DNA from: the human T2T-CHM13v2.0 reference genome, Homo sapiens
Assembly (NCBI RefSeq): GCF_009914755.1
Contig: NC_060925.1
Direction: 5' to 3' (one strand)
Length of the DNA: 64,000 bases
The stretch's first letter is position 1. The number at the start of each line of letters is the position of its first letter. The position numbers and the translations under genes were made by a program. Positions 15,201 to 29,728 of the stretch are shown here, piece after piece. The notes below the pieces were generated by a model, which searched no databases, had not been told where the DNA came from, and saw only the letters and a program-made list of their open reading frames with translations.

Positions 15201-16074
15201 TGTAGGGAGACCCCCTGAAACTATTGCTACGGAATAAAAGATGAAATGCTCCTGATTATTGTAAATACAAAATTGCATGCAGGATTGTGTAAAGACAATG
15301 CCAGGTTGTACTGCCAGACGAGCCAACAGTGTGTGATGTGCTTCCCCCTGCAGAGAGCCTATGAATGGACGTGCAGTCAGGGAGGTTTCCCATCACCAAG
15401 ATTCCTATCCCAGAAAAGCAGATGTTCATAGCTCTGGGAATGGAATGCGACCCTTGTGGAGAGCCTATAAACGGATGTATGGGGGGAGCCTGTCCTTACA
15501 GATAAGATAGGGCTATAAATGCCCTCATCTTGCCATGGCTCTTCTAGGCCACTTTAGGGTTAAGGCATACTCCCTTCTGAGAATTTCTGGTCTAAACGGT
15601 TGTCTAGCTTCATGTCCTGTTTCTGTGGATTGTTCGTAACCAGCTTTTGCTGCAACTGTTACTGCTGATTAGTATCTTGCTAATCATAGGTTATGGAAAG
15701 ACTGTGTTTCTGTTTTAAGGCTCTGTTAGAAATTACTAATGCACACAGTATATTGTAAATTCTTATCTCTGTATACTGTACTTCTGCATACAAATGTTAT
15801 GTTAAAGAATTACTTCATCCCCATGTGACTGTCTCACCTCATAATCAAATGACCCTAAATCCCTCACTAACCTACCCCTGCCCTCACTAAACTTGATAAT
15901 AAATGCTGATATATCCAGTGCATTGTTGGCACCGCAGGACCAGAAGGCGGTGACCCCCCCTGCACCCAGCTTTCACTATCTTGTGTGTGTCTGTTATTTA
16001 TTGACAAGCCGATCCACCTAGGAACAAAGAGAGAGCCCCATTGCATTGAGGGCTGCTAGCCAGATCCCGCAATA
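15201..16074 (+). mobile_element. HERV-K-class solo LTR (MER11D-like)
   Basis: Starts tgtagggagaccccc; TATA-like ctataaa; AATAAA near 15898; MER11-like 3' end; 6-bp TSD caaagg (15195-15200) / cagagg (16075-16080); interrupts L1 ORF2. Confidence 0.8.
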
Positions 16075-16293
16075 CAGAGGAATGAAGTTGGACCCTTTCC
16101 TTACATCATACACAAATCTTAATTGAAAAGGAATCATAGACCTAAATACATAAGCTAAAGTCTAAGCTCTTTTAGGAAAATATAAGATTAAGTCATTGTG
16201 ACTTTGATTTAGGCAAATCCTTCTTACATATAACAGCAAAAAAAAAAAAAAACAAACAAACAAACAAAAAAAAAAACGGAAGCAAAAAATAAA

Positions 16294-16600
16294 GGCTGGG
16301 CATGGTGGCTCATGACTGTAATCCCAGCACTTTAGGAGGCCAAGGTGGGCAGATCACCTGAGGTCAGGAGTTCGAGACCAGCCTGGCCAACATGGCAAAA
16401 CCTCATCTCTACTAAAAATACAAAAATTAGCTGGGCATGGTGGCACATGCCTATAGTCCCAGCTACTCAAGAGGCTAAGGCAGGAGAATAGCTTGAACTC
16501 AGGAGGCGGAGGTTGCAGTGAGCCAAGATTGCGCCACTGCACTCAACCCTGGGCAACAGAGAGAGACTCCCTCTCAAAAATTAATTAATTAGTTAATTAA
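16294..16600 (+). mobile_element. Alu (AluSx-like) inside L1M
   Basis: Full dimer with gatcacctgaggtcaggagttcgagacc; tail converted to TTAA-like repeats. Confidence 0.96.
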
Positions 16601-17034
16601 AATATAGGTAAAGTGGCCTTCATTAGAATTAAAAATGTTTGCAAGTCTATGGATGCCATGAAGAAAGTGGAGGGACAACCCACAGAATAGAAGAAAACAT
16701 TTGAAAATTATGTACCTGATAAAAAACTTATATCTAACATATAAAGAACTGATACTGCTGAATAAAAAATACTAAAAATGGGCAAAAATCTAGACATTTT
16801 TTCCAAAGAAGGCATACAATTGGCCAATAAGTACATGAAAACATGTTCACCATCATTAGCCATCACAGAATTGCAAGTAAAAGCTACTTGGATGTCTATA
16901 AATTTAAAAAAAAAAAGTAGTGACAAGAGTTAGCAAAGATTTGGATACACTGGAACACACATACACTGTTAGTGGTAATGCAAAATGCTGTAGCTTCTTC
17001 AGAAAAAGAGTCAGGCAGCAAAAAAGATAGGTAC

Positions 17035-17130
17035 AGTAAATCACAATGGCACAGTTTACCTATGTAACAAAACTGCACACCCTACAAATGTATCCTGGGA
17101 CTTAAAATAAAAGAAAATAAGCTTAAAAAA
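17035..17130 (+). mobile_element. Very short L1PA 3'-end fragment
   Basis: atggcacagtttacctatgtaacaaaactgcac...gacttaaaataaaag plus A-rich tail. Confidence 0.65.
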
Positions 17131-17759
17131 TGAGATAGCCATGCTTTCTATAACAGCTAAAATTAAAATATATTTTAAAGTATATTGAGAAGATTTGAAA
17201 GAACTGCAACTCTGAAACACTGTTAGGGGGCAGAAATTTTAATTCATGCAATGAGTTTGGAAAAGTGTTGGGAGGTTCCCAATTAAGCTGAATTTATCAA
17301 ATGTAAATGCAGAAATACCATTATTAATAATATATCTAATAAAAATATATAAATCATCACCATAATGTATATGTAAATTTAAATTGCAAAATTTCTCGAT
17401 TCCCCAAACTGCAATGTTCATCAATTGCAGAATGAATAAATACATATTTGCTTATTCATACAATATAGCATTATAGAACAATGAAAATGAACAGGCAATT
17501 GCTGTAAGTAGTGATATGAAGGAATCTCGCAGAAATAATGCTTAGGGAAAGAAAGCCAGATATAAAAGAGCTATTATTGCATTAATCTATTCATATGAGA
17601 CTAAAACATAGATAAAATTAGTCTAGAGGTCAAATAGTGTTTACCTTTGTAGATAATGACTGAGAAGAGACTGGAGGGAGATTTCTGACATACTTAAATT
17701 TATTGTATTGTTCTGGATGGTGATAGTATAAGGTGTGTGCATTTCTTAAAATTTCATTT

Positions 17760-18070
<311 letters not shown>

Positions 18071-19008
18071 TTATTTAAGATTCATGTATTCAGATTTAAT
18101 ATTTCCAGAAGACTCTATGCTTTCCATTTATTCCAAATTTGAAGTAAAACTTTATGACTATAAAACATCAAGTTATATATTATGAACATTTTTAAGGTAG
18201 AAAGTGATTTGCTGGATAGAAACTCTCAAATATATGAAAGAGACTTTCTTTACATGGCAAAGAGGCAAAAACAGTTATCCAATACTGAAAATTAAAGCCA
18301 CAACTTAAGAAGTCCTCTCTTCTCATTACACCTCCTTCTCTGCTACATTTTTTTGGTTAAAAATATCAGGTAGAATTTTTCTTTTTATTTGAGACCTTAA
18401 AACATTGTTTTAAGTTTAACTAAATTAAGAAGTCCTAAACTAACAATAAAATTTAGAAAGTCAGTGTTTTACTATAAACATTTCTTTAATGAGAGTAGCT
18501 CCCATTTAAAAGTGTAAACCATTTTTGCACATTTTTATATTAACACTATTTTATTAAATAATACTAGTTAATATATTTATAACACAATAATAACCAATAT
18601 TAATATGATTATTATAAAATGTTCTTATTAAAGATACATTTCGTGAGCTTCAATCTATTAAAGAAAATTTTCAATTCTTTTTTAATTGTAAAATTATGGA
18701 GTTCAATATTAAGGCTTTAGATTAAAAATGTATATATGCAATTGAAAATATAGATTTTTCAATAAAACCTTACTTGATCATAATTTATTAATTTCTGTTA
18801 TAGATATGTGGAAATAAAACAGCTCTGCAGCTTTGGCTGTGTTGCTTTTAAATCTTTATAATAGTGCTGGGAGGTAAGTAAAAGTTATATGAATATGGAA
18901 GCTTCTTGTGTGCTCTGACCAAATGTAATTTTTGTCTACACTTTATTTCAGTTGAACTTCTCTCATTTCTATGGTATTCTTAGCCCTGTTTTTTAAAGAT
19001 AACCTAAT

Positions 19009-20346
19009 TGTCACAGGAACATTAGGGTGTCACTTTCCCACATGGAAATCTCTGTGTTCAGTGGTGACTTGCCCAAGTTTTACTCAGCCTGCTGGGCTTG
19101 TTCTGCCCACTCAGCCTGGCAGGCTCCTGGCCTGCAATATGGCAACCAGGGATCATGTTTCAGCCCTGTTCATGTTACCACTTTTTCAGTCCTGCCATTC
19201 AGCAAGTCCCAAGTGGGTTCTTGTCCCACGTCCAGGAAGAATGAGGTACACAGACAACTGTGTGTGTCAGCAAGGCAAAAAGGGTCAGCAAGGCAAAGAG
19301 GAGCTTCATTGAGCAACAGAACAGTTCTCAGGAAATCTGAAGTGGGTAGCTCCTTTCTGCAGACAGGTCATCCCAATGAGTATTCACTTCTCAATGGAGA
19401 GGATGCCAGTTTGGGTAGCTCCTTTCTGCAGGCAGGTAGTCCTGACAAGTGCAGCCCTTAATGGAGAAAAGATCTGGAGGTGAGTTGCTCTTATCTGCAG
19501 GGAGGTCATCCTGATGAGTGGAGGAGACCCAAAGTGGATAGCTCCTTCCCACAGCTGGTAGTTCTGACATCTCTGTGAGTCTGGCTGAGTCCTGGGGATT
19601 TTATGGGCTTCAGAAGGAGGGAAGTGTGTGCTGATTGGTCCATGGGCAGCCATGGGCAGGTCCAGAAAAAGCACCATAAGTTGTCACACCCAGCTGTGGA
19701 CTCCACCCAGAACTGATAGCCCGGCCACCATGCTTCAGGCTTCCCAGGTTTGAAGGTGGGGCTTCACAAGGGACCCACCCCTTTTTGCCCAGGTGCTTGT
19801 TTGCCTCCTGACACCATCAATTATGTCATCCACTGCACCCAGGCTGTTCCTGAGAAAGAGCACCTGCAGGCCTGCAAGGAGATATCCTCAGCAACCCCTC
19901 TGCCTCCCTCCCATGCTTCTTGGCACCCAAAGTTCAGAGGAGGCCAAAGTTGCAAGGGGCTGATGTGTCAGTGCTGACCCAAGGGTGCACACACCTACCC
20001 AGGTCACAACAGCACCTGGGCTTAGCCTCAACTTTGCTCTGAAGTCAGAGCAAGCACTGGGATTAGGAGGAGGCCAAGCAGTGGGGGCAGGCGCTTCCGA
20101 GCCTACAGAGGCAGAGGAGCTTTCTGCCCTTGAGAAGGCAGGGATGCCAGGTCTGCACATGCAGCTGGGTGGCTGCAGCTGCATCCAGGAGGGCTGGGCT
20201 CCTGCCTTGCCAACTTGGAAGTGAGCAGGGCTCCTGCCGGTTTCCAGCTTCCATCAGCACATTCGAGTGCACAGTCCCAGCCTCCCCTTCCCCACTGCAG
20301 CTTGCACCTTTGCAGCAACCTCTCCAGACAGGCTGCCACTGCCATA
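19009..20346 (-). mobile_element. MER52-family ERV1 solo LTR
   Basis: GC-rich island starting tgtcacaggaac..agggtgtcacttt (reverse of the MER52 3' end); internal repeats gggtagctcctttctgcag; ends ctccagacaggctgccactgccat. Confidence 0.82.
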
Positions 20347-21115
20347 TGAGAATTTTTCCTCAAGTTCTTACCTTGCTTATGATACATGTATATGCACTCT
20401 CACTCATATACACCCACAGATCTACTAAGCAATTTTTAAAAATACACCATTTCCATCACCTACCTCTCATTTCTTGCTGTCACCAGTGACAGTATAATCA
20501 TTCCCTGTCACTAATAATTTTTCCTGAATAAGAGATAGTACTAGCTTCTTTGTTTCTAAAATGCCAAAGTCCACTTACCAAGCTCTTCATGTAGTTCTAC
20601 TTAGATAAAGTTTAGGATCTGTTTTTCTTGTTGATCCAGTTGACCAGGCTGAGAAGTCAAACCTTTTGAAAATCTCTTAGGTACTGATATCTTCAATTGC
20701 TAATCACTTCCTTCTGTAACAGTGAAAATAAATAAATATTTGAACAGTTCAATAGCAATTAAGCAAAGAATATTATGGTTAACTCATCCAGGAATAAATT
20801 TAATTGTCTAAAAGCTGTGTTTTATAAATGAAATATAATCAGCCTCATAAAATAACAAAACTATTTTCAGCCTGGTGTGGTGCAGGTTACATGGAAATTG
20901 GTACAAACACTATTGGCAGGAGACAATTTGATATTACCTTAATATAGGTGACTTTTTCAAAAATTTTCAAGTTTGAAAATGAGTACATTGAATAGTCTAA
21001 CTATTAGTTTCAGAAGTATACAGTTAAAGTTAATTGTTCAGGTTTGGAAAAAAATATATATATATATAAGTGCATGAAATTTTTCTCAAATATGTTTTTG
21101 TTATAAAACAAAAAG

Positions 21116-21911
<796 letters not shown>

Positions 21912-21914
21912 TCT

Positions 21915-21932
21915 TGGTGACCACAAAGGGAC
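21915..21932 (+). other. Primer-binding site, tRNA-Arg type
   Basis: tggtgaccacaaagggac differs from TGGCGACCACGAAGGGAC by two CpG-type transitions and lies just after the LTR; splice donor ggtgagt follows at about 21944. Confidence 0.85.
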
Positions 21933-23079
21933 TATTGCCAAGCGGTGAGTACCATTGGACCTCTTTTGCTTGGTATTCTGTCCCATTTTTTCTTAGAATT
22001 TGGGGACTAAACACTGGGCATCTCTTGGCCAGTTAAAAGTGACTAGTGCAGCCACCAGACTAAGGACATGGGTGTCAGGCTTTCTGGGAAAGTGTTCGCT
22101 AATTCTTCCCCAACTGTTCGGAACAGGGAGCATTGGTTTACCTAGAACCAGCTTCCACATTTCCTGTACTTCTGGGCTGAGCCAAGGGTTGACAGAGAGG
22201 AAAGCCATTTAGCTCCAGGGTCCCAGTAAAAAGTTGTTTGACTCTGTAGCCATGATCAGAACTCTCAAAGTCATGTCACCCATGCGAGACTTGCCCATCT
22301 GTCCTATCTATCCTGACGCTTGCCTCCTGGGTCCTAACACCTGTCAGACAAACTTCCTCCTGCCTCTCTTCTCTGAGGCTAGTCCCACTTCTAAAAACCA
22401 CTCCCTGTTTCTGGTGCTTTTCTAGTTTCTCCTATAAGAATGATTACTAGTATAAATTTCAGGACTCTGTTCCCTTGTTTAGGCACCCAGGCTCACCAAT
22501 TAGACATAATTTTTGCCCAAAGCCCCATCATTTTAGGATACCTCTTCAGACTAGCAGGCCTAACAAAGGCTATTCCTGAAGCTAGGATTTGGGGAGCTTC
22601 AGAAATGATATCCTTCCTATCCATATGACGAGAAGTGAGGACAAAAGGCTTCATTTTTCCAACCCTGGAGATCTCTTCCCTCCCTCATTGTATAGCCCTC
22701 CACTCCATTGTTGGGACATATCATGCTTACAGGACAGGGATAAGGTCCCAACACTAATAGGAGAAAATGCTTAGGACCCTAACAGGTATTCGAGAATGCA
22801 TTGGTAATGACCACTAAATCTGATTTGTCTTGGTCCTGTTTGTGGTCTAAGAGAGCCAAGGGAGCAGGTTTTCAAGAATGCGTTGGTAAGGGCCATTAAA
22901 TCCAACCTTCCTCAGTCCTCATTGTGGTCTAGGATGAAAACTAGTGTTTCTGCTGCTGCGTTGGTGAGTGCAACTATTCTGATCAGTAGGCTCCAGGGAC
23001 CGTTGTGGCTTCTTGGGTAGGGTGGGGGGGGGGGGGGGTAAACGAAAAGACCAGAACCGTGGGTGGTTTTTTCTTTCAG

Positions 23080-24537
23080 ATGGGAAACACTCAGACATCA
23101 ACAGGCTCACCCTTGAAATGCATCCTAAGCCATTAGGACCAATTTGACCCACAAATCCTGAAAAAGAGGCAGCTCATTTTTTTCTGCATTACAGCCTGGC
23201 CCCAATATTCTCTCTCTGATGGGGAAAAATGGCCACCTGAGGGAAGTATAAATTACAATACTATCCTGCAGCTTGACCTTTTCTGTAAGAAGGAAGGCAA
23301 ATGGAGTGAAATACCTTATGTCCAAGCTTTCTTTTCATTGAAGGAGAATCCACAACTATGCAAAGCCTGTAATTTACATCCCACAAGAGGACCTCTCAGC
23401 ATACCTCCATATCCTAGCCTCCCTATGGTTCCCCTTCCTATTGATGATAAGCCTCCTTTAATCTCCCTCACCCAGAAGGAAACAAGCAAAGAAATCTCCA
23501 AAGGACCACAAAACCACCCTGGCTATCGGTTATGTCCCCTTCAAGCTGTAGAGGGAGGGGAATTTGCCCCAACCTAGGTACATGTCCTCTTCTCCCTCTC
23601 TGATTTAAAGCAGATCAAGGTAGACCTGGGGAAGTTTTCAGATGATCCTGATAAGTACATAGATGTTCTACAGGGCCTAGGGCAAACCTTCGACCTCACT
23701 TGGAGAGATGTCATGCTATTGTTAGATGAAACCCTGGCCTTTAATGAAAAAAATGCGGCTTTAGCTGCAGCCCGAGAGTTTGGAGATACCCAGTATCTTA
23801 GTCAAGTAAATGACAGAATGACAGCTGAAGAAAGGGACAAATTCCCTACCGATCAGCAAGCCATTCCATTTGGATCCCCACTGGGACCTCGACTCATATC
23901 ATGAGGACTGGAGTCGTAAACATCTGTTGACTTATGTTCTAGAAGGACTAAGGAGAATTAGGAAAAAGCCCGTGATTATTCAATGATGTCTGCCATAACT
24001 CAGGGGAAGGAAGAAAATCCTTCTGCCTTTCTTGAGCAGCTACAGGAGGCTTCAAGAAAATAAATTTCCATGTCACCCGACTCCCTTGAGGGTGAATTGA
24101 TCCTAAAAGATAAGTTTATTACCCAGTCAGCCACAGATATGAGGAGAAAGCTCCAAAAGCAAGCCCTGGACCTTGAAGAAAATCTGGAGGCATTATTAAA
24201 CCTGGCAACCTCAGTGTTCTATAATAGGGACCAAGAGGAACAGGCCAAAAAGGAAAAGTGAGATCAGAGAAAGGCTGCAGCCTTAGTCATGGCCCTCATA
24301 CAAAGAAACCCTGGTGGTTCAGAGAGGACAGAAAATGGAGCAGGCCAATCACCCGGTAGGGCTTGTTATCAGTGTGGTTTGCAATGACACTTTAAAAAAG
24401 ATTGTCCAACGAGAAACAAGCCACCCCTTTGTCCATGTCCGCTATGCCAAGGCAATCACTGGAAGGTGCACTGCCCCAGAGTGCAATGGTTCTCTGGGCC
24501 AGAAGCCCCTAACTAGATGATCCAACAACAGGACTGA
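23080..24537 (+). pseudogene. gag: ERV9 gag (stops and frameshifts)
   Basis: ATG GGA AAC myristoylation start; [19 protein letters not shown]; PPPY-like region; CA motifs (QGKEENPSAF, LKDKFITQ); knuckles CYQCGLQ*HFKKDC and CPLCQGNHWKVHC. Confidence 0.9.
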
Positions 24538-24960
24538 GGGTGCCTGGGGCAAGCACCAGCTCATGTCATCACCCTCCCTGTGCCCGGGGTATGTTTAACC
24601 ATTGAGGGCCAGGAAATTGACTTCCTCTTGAACACTGGCGCGGCTTTCTCAGTTTTAATCTCCTGTTGTGGATGACTGTCCTCAAGGTCCGTTACAATCC
24701 GAGGAATCCTGGGACAGCCTGTAACCAGGTATTTCTCCCACCTCCTCAGTTGTAATTGGGAGACTTTGCTCTTTTCACATGCCTTTCTTGTTATGCCTGA
24801 AAGTCCCACACCCTTATTAGGCAGGGACATATTAGACAAAGCTGGAGCTATTGTCTACATGAATATGGGGAACAAGTTACCCATTTGTTGTCCCCTGCTT
24901 AACAAGGGAATCAACCCTGAATTCTGGGCATTGGAACGACAATCTGGAACAGCAAAAATG
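24538..24960 (+). pseudogene. pro: ERV9 protease (inactive, DTG changed to NTG)
   Basis: IEGQEIDFLLNTGA and PESPTPLLGRDIL motifs; in-frame stop. Confidence 0.85.
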
Positions 24961-26740
24961 CCTGCCCAGTCCAAATCAGGCTAAAAGACCCCACCGCTTT
25001 TCCTTTTCAAAGGCAATATCCCTTAAGGCCTGAAGCTCATAAAGGATTACAGGATATTGTTAGACATTTAAAAGCTCAAGGCTTAGTAAGAAAATGCAGC
25101 AGTCCCTGCAACACCCCAATTCTAGGAGTAAAAATACTGAACACTCAGTGGAGACTAGTGTAAGATCTTAGACTCATCAGTGAGGCAGTGATTCCTCTAT
25201 ATCTAGTTGTACCCAACCCCTATACCCTTCTCTCTCAACTACTAGAGGAAGCAGAATGGTTCATGGTTCTGGACCTGAAGGATGCCTTCTTCTGTATTCC
25301 CCTGTACTCTGACTCCCAGTTTCTCTTTGCCTTGGAGGATCCCACAGACCGCACATCCCAACTTACGTGGATGGTCTTGCCCCAAGGGTTTAGGGATAGC
25401 CCTCATCTGTTTGGTCAGGCACTGGCCCAAGATCTAGGCCACTGCTCAAGTCCAGGCACTCTGGTCCTTCCACATGTGGATGATTTACTGTTGACTACCA
25501 GTTCGGAAGCCTCATACCAGCAGGCTACTCTAGATCTCTTGAACTTTCTAGCTAATCAATGGTACAAGGCATCTAAATTGAAGGCCCAGCTCTGCCTACC
25601 ACAAGTCAAATATCTAGGCCTAATCTTAGCCAGAGGAACCAGGGCCCTCAGCAAGGAACGAATACAGACTATACTGGCTTACCGTCTCCCAAAGACATTA
25701 AAACAGTTGTGGAGGTTCCTTGGAATCACCGGCTTTTGCCGACTATGGATCCCCGGATACAGTGACATAGCCAAGCCCCTCGCTACTCTAATCAAGGAGA
25801 CCCAGAGGGCAAATACTCATCTAGTAGAATGGGAACCAGAGGCAGAAACAGCCTTCAAAACCTTGAAGCAGGCCCTAGTACAAGCTCCAGCCTTAAGCCT
25901 TCCTACAGGACAAAACTTCTCTATATGCATCACAGAGAGAGCAGGAATAGCTCTTGGAGACCTTACTCAGACTTGTGGGACAACCCCACAACCAGTGGCA
26001 TACCCAAGTAAGGAAATTGATATATTAGCAAAAGGCTGGCCTCACTGTTTACTGCTAGTTGCAGCGGTGGCCATCTTAGTATCAGAGGCTATCAAAATAA
26101 TACAAGGAAAGGATCTCACTGTCTGGACTACTAATGATGTAAATGGCATACTAGGTGCCAAAGGAAGTTTATGGCTATCAGACAACTGCCTGCTCAGATA
26201 CCAAGCACTACTCCTTGAGGGACCAGTGCTTCAAATACGTATGTGTGTGGCTCTCAATCCTGCCACTTTTCTCCCAGAGGATGCGGAACCAATCAAGCAT
26301 GACTGCCAACAAATTATAGTCCAGACTTATGCCACCTGAGAGAATCTCTTAGCAGTCCCCTTAGCTAATCCTGACCTTAACCTATATACCAATGAAAGTT
26401 CATTTGTGGAGAATGGGATATGAAGGACAGGTTATGCCACAGTTAGTGATGTAACAGTACTTGAAAGTAAGCCTCTTCCCCCAGGGACCAGCACCCAGTT
26501 AGCAGAACTCGTGGCACTTACCCAAGCCTCAGAACTGAGAAAGGGAAAAAGAACAAACGTGTATATAGATAGCAAGTATGCTTATCTAATCCTACATGCC
26601 CATGCTGCAATATGGAAAGATAGGAAGTTCCGAACCTCTGGCAGAATCCGCATTAAATTCCACAAGGAAATCATGGAGTTATTGCACATAGTGCAAAAAC
26701 CCAAGGAGGTGGCAGTCTTACACAGCCGAAGCCATCAAAA
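24961..26740 (+). pseudogene. pol: ERV9 pol RT and RNase H (defective; 383-aa residual ORF at 25188-26339)
   Basis: LDLKDAFF, LPQGFRDSP, HVDD (YxDD mutated), FLGITGFCRLWIPG; RNase H QLAELVAL and YIDSKYAY. Confidence 0.92.
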
Positions 26741-27158
26741 AGGGGAAGGAGAGGGGAGAACAGCAGCATAAGTGGCTGGCAGAGGCAGGGAAAGACCAGC
26801 AGAGAAAGACAGAAAGAGAGAGAGAGAGAGAGAGGGGTAAGACAAAGTCAAAGAGAGAAGGAAAGAGAGACAGAGAGAGGAAGAGACAGAGTGACAAAGA
26901 GGGAGTCAGAGAGAGAGAGGAAGAGACAGAGACAAAGAAGGAGTCAAAGAGGAAGAGACAGAAAGCCAAAGAGAAAGAAAGAGAGAAATAGTAAAGAAAA
27001 AACACTGGACCCTATTCCTTTAAAAGCCAGGGTAAATTTAAAACCTATAATTGATAATTGAAGGTCTTCTCTGTAACTCTATAACACTCCAGTATCACCT
27101 TGTTGTCAGTGTAAATAAGGGCGTAGCCCGAAAGCACTGAGGCCACTGACAACCCATA
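26740..27158 (+). mobile_element. Foreign ERV segment (HERVIP10F/FH-like) with AG-rich expansion fused to ERV9 pol
   Basis: Abrupt switch after HQK to a purine-rich tract (about 26800-27000), then a second RT-connection-like remnant (VSVNKGVA...GH*QP). Confidence 0.6.
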
Positions 27159-27167
27159 ACGGTGTTT

Positions 27168-27531
27168 AAAGCTGATTGTTTCTCACCATAAAAGTAAGGT
27201 ATATTGGCTTGGCTCAGTGGCTCATGCTTGTAAGCCCAGCATTTTGGGAGATTGAGGCAGGTGGATCACTGGAGGTCAGGAGTTCTAGACCAGGCTGGCC
27301 AAAATGGTGAAACTCTGTCTCTACTAAAAATACAAAAATTAGCTGGGCGTGGTGGTGCATGCCTGTAATCCCAGCTACACGGGAGTCTGAGGCAGGAGAA
27401 TTACTTGAACCTCGGGGGGCGGAGGTTGCAGTGAGCAGAGATCGCGCCACTGCATTCCAGTCGGGGCAATAGAATGAGACTCCATCTCAGAAAAAAAAAA
27501 GGAAGATATAACCATATAACAGACTAGTAAA
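27168..27531 (+). repeat. About 365-bp direct repeat, right copy (contains Alu at 27206-27500)
   Basis: Shares unique flanks and private Alu variants (gaccaggctgg, gctacac, gcattccagtc) with 21116-21480. Confidence 0.95.
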
Positions 27532-29602
27532 CATCATGAATATTACGATAGCTAAATGAGTTTAATTAACAAGTTTTTCATATGCTGCTGAAAATATTAA
27601 CTTGATTACTAAATCACAAACATTTTCTAATGTATTAATTGTGAAGTAAGTTTTCCTCAATTTGTGTGTGTATGAATTTCGCAAAAAAGATGGTCTGTTT
27701 CTCTCTTTCTCTTGTCTTTCAACAGTTATGAAATCTCTGTGTACAGAGCCTCTCCAACACTATATAGATGCTCATTTCTGTAAGTCATTGTAAATCTGGT
27801 AGGCTATTCATCTCTGTTATTTCTGTGCTTCTTCAGGAAGTGTTGTCTGTTCTTTGATATATTAAGCCATTGCTTATTGCATGTGTTACACATATTATTT
27901 CCCAATATGCAACATTCTTTCTAACTGAAATATTGATATTTACTACATATATCTCTATATTTACTGCATAATAAATAAAAATACTTCTCTCAGGAAAAAA
28001 ATCAATCAGGCTTATCCCCTGGGGGTACTATTACACATTTTTTCCAGGAAAATACATAATAATGGTGAAATAAACATGCTATATTTTCTTTGATTGTTTT
28101 ATAGCTTTTAAGTCTTTGTTTCTGTAAGCTGTTAAGTAAAATCTCAATAAAATTATACAAATGAAAACAAAATATATGGATTTGTAGGTTCACAAATTAC
28201 TGAGATTATCTTGAGAAAAATGTACAAAAGACTAACATAAAGACTACTGAAAAGACCACTATATTCAGTATAAATCAACTCTCTGTGTGTCACCTTTTCT
28301 AACCAGAAAAGTGCAATATTGGAATAGATGAGCTCTGAGGTCCTTTGTGGTTCAAAGTGTTTCATGTACTACATTTTTTATAGTATCAGCCTATTAATAG
28401 ATTCTAAAGATCATGAGCTCTTCAAATACAGGTACAACATCTAATTTGTATCCCCCAACATCTAGTACAGTGCCTGACATATTTAATTATTAAAAGTCCT
28501 GTTAATTTTTTTCTTTTAATAAGTGTAAGCTGAAAAGTTGCTAAATGTATTAGAAACTGAATCTCATGCAACAAGAAATAAATGTTAGGAAATCTCAACC
28601 TGTACCATTTGGTTCTTTTTATCATATTGGTTAGAAGGTAAGGAAAAACAATCACATGAACTTTCCCAGAACAATTAACAGCAGAGGGTCTGAAGGATAA
28701 AGGAACAGAAACAGTTACTGAAATCAGGAGAGATTATTTTGGCCAGTAATTTAACAGAGGAATGCAGTTAAACATGGTGACTATGCAGGGAATGACAAAA
28801 TGTAGCAAGTACTCCTAATTTCCCAGCCTCATATCCTCCAGTTTCCTGGAGGATGTTTCCATTGCTGAAATCTAACCAGAGAACAGAGACTTTGGAGTAC
28901 ATGAATACAATTCAAATGAAATAGGCTTGCTGGAAATAAAACAGGGTAAAGAACAATGGTGTGTCTGTGTGTGTTGGGAGGAATCAGAAGATACCTACAA
29001 CACCACTTCAAAATATTTTATTAATAAAGCTGTAACATTTCATTTTCCAAAGTTTTAATTTCAGAACAGTATTTTGAAGTCACCTTAATGTGTGAGATAT
29101 TTGAATAGATTATTTGCTGTTTTCAAAATTTAATTTTTCGAAGTATAGTGTAATAAACATATTTTCAAATTTGTACATACCCTGCCTAAATATCGTTTTT
29201 GCTTTTGTAGGCAACTTCTTAATTACCTTAGGAAATTGACACATAATGACAGATGGGTATGACAGAGGGAATAGCAAGTGTAGACCCCACTAAGGAAAGG
29301 CTCATTAAAATAAACTATTTGATTATGATTAAGCTAAAAGAGATGATCTCTTAAAATTGTGTGTAATTGTGCAGAAATGACTCTTTTTTTTCACATTTTT
29401 GCAAGATTGGTAATTTTCAAAACTCTGGCTCTCTTCTAAATCTCACATGCTATGAATAATAACTTCTGATTTTCATATTTAAAATATTACTACAAATATA
29501 AATTAAAAGATAATGTAGTTGGTTTTACTGCTGAAAAGCATGCTGTAATTTCCTTACCATACTGAAAAAAAAAAAGAAATAACAGTAGGAAAAACAATTC
29601 AG

Positions 29603-29662
29603 TGTATATATATATATACACACACACACAGATATATATATATTCAAATATATATATATATT
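29603..29662. repeat. Compound (TA)n/(CA)n repeat
   Basis: Read directly. Confidence 0.8.
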
Positions 29663-29728
29663 TGAATGTGTTTATTTGTGTACAGACACATAGTAGTTTA
29701 AAACTCAAAACAATTCTATGAGTACTAT

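Noticed and set aside
19027-20489. Cluster of overlapping 60-145 aa ORFs
   Set aside because: They arise from the GC-rich MER52 LTR on both strands and show no recognisable domains.
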